In this document: positions 63,657-64,000 of the stretch, piece by piece
Numbering within the stretch: the stretch's first letter is position 1
How the letters are laid out: every line of letters starts with the position of its first letter
NCBI GenBank assembly: GCA_965198225.1
Contig: CBDAOY010000007.1
Span: 990,045-1,054,044, forward strand
DNA length: 64,000 bases
Origin: Terriglobia bacterium
Lineage (GTDB): Bacteria; Acidobacteriota; Terriglobia; 20CM-2-55-15
Direction of reading: 5' to 3'
Made by a program: the position numbers and the translations under genes
Notes under the pieces: model-generated
Seen by the model: the letters and a program-made list of their open reading frames with translations, nothing else
What the model was told of the DNA's origin: nothing
Databases searched by the model: none

Positions 63657-64000
63657 TTAATTGATCCCTGCGGGAAGGCTCGGAAAACGCCCCCAACGGG
63701 GGCCTTGACGGAAGGGAGACAGACCTATGAAATGGCGTCGATTCATCCCTCATATCCTTCTGTTTTTCGGCGGTCTCGGCTACGCCGTGTGGAGCTTTGT
63801 CCGGCGTCCCTTCCCCATGCTTGGCCGGGCGCATGAGAAGCGCCTGGAGCCAGGCGTTCTTGAGCATGACGCCCACGGCGCGGGCCAGCGCCGGATTGAT
63901 ACCGGCGGGCATGTTCAACGCCAGCACCTTGCCCCCCTCGATCAGTTCATAGAGTGGGGGCAGATGGCGCGGCCCCTCGATTCGTTCCTCTTCGACCGGC
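63589..64000 (-). CDS. Partial ORF (5' end beyond the window); possibly a fragment of a conjugative coupling/ATPase protein
   Basis: Own translation: ..RIEGPRHLPPLYELIEGGKVLALNMPAGINPALARAVGVMLKNAWLQALLMR.. looks protein-like. The 3' third runs through the inverted-repeat region and is doubtful. A competing plus-strand start (ATG 63727 with GGGAGA, MKWRRFIPHILLFFGGLGYAVW) overlaps it. Confidence 0.3.
   Translation of the reverse strand, partial: PVEEERIEGPRHLPPLYELIEGGKVLALNMPAGINPALARAVGVMLKNAWLQALLMRPAKHGEGTPDKAPHGVAETAEKQKDMRDESTPFHRSVSLPSRPPLGAFSEPSRRDQLRTIATLMGPDRGVQHLASIRAT

Larger units (their letters stand above)
48452..64000. mobile_element. Integrase-led genomic island / decayed integrative conjugative element (right end beyond the window)
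   Basis: There is an abrupt AT-rich junction inside the ADOP gene. A P4-type integrase is the first gene. Type IV secretion genes, a second set of integrase fragments and an oriT-like region lie further right. Confidence 0.6.

Overview
This is a visibly GC-rich bacterial chromosomal window. All calls are by-eye reading of the sequence and the ORF track; no searches were run. The gene content looks Acidobacteriota-like: a PadR regulator paired with an ADOP-type duplicated MacB-like permease, and a giant SBBP beta-propeller protein.

Positions 1-48.4 kb look like core genome:
- a partial transketolase that runs off the window start and is absent from the ORF track
- an orphan promoter/terminator pair
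- tRNA-Ser(CGA)
- a 1533-aa secreted beta-propeller protein
- a TolC/HlyD/two-ATPase efflux operon with no permease, followed by a sigma-54 response regulator and a histidine kinase
- tadA
- M20, M28 and S9 peptidases
- SufT
- a five-gene Opp/Dpp-type importer
- an APC permease
- an HDAC-like protein
- a class III cyclase fused to a coiled coil
- an ECF sigma / anti-sigma / DUF4097 module

The most unusual locus is at 40.4-46.8 kb. It holds a glycosyltransferase pair of the kind I recall being linked to the 'rSAM/selenodomain' or arsenosugar system, a TVP38 membrane protein, and an 817-aa fusion of a PqqD-like region, a radical-SAM/SPASM domain and ArsM. Next to these is a secreted deiodinase-like thioredoxin-fold protein fused to EF-hands. 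Its reading frame passes through an in-frame TGA at the catalytic position, so it is a candidate selenoprotein with a hairpin where a SECIS element would sit. It also carries a near-perfect ~330-bp tandem duplication.

From about 48.45 kb to the window end, an integrase-led island interrupts the ADOP permease gene. The island carries integrase fragments, a frameshifted ~2070-codon sulfatase/cadherin/Ig/FN3 surface protein, a partial type IV secretion set (VirB10 C-terminus, VirB5-like, VirB6, VirB8) and an oriT-like iteron/hairpin region.

Intergenic DNA is unusually rich in structured repeats. These include a 275-bp MITE-like element (two copies plus a solo end), GT-phased heptamer palindromes, a 138-bp tandem repeat and other families.

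I saw no rRNA genes, no CRISPR array and no cas genes.
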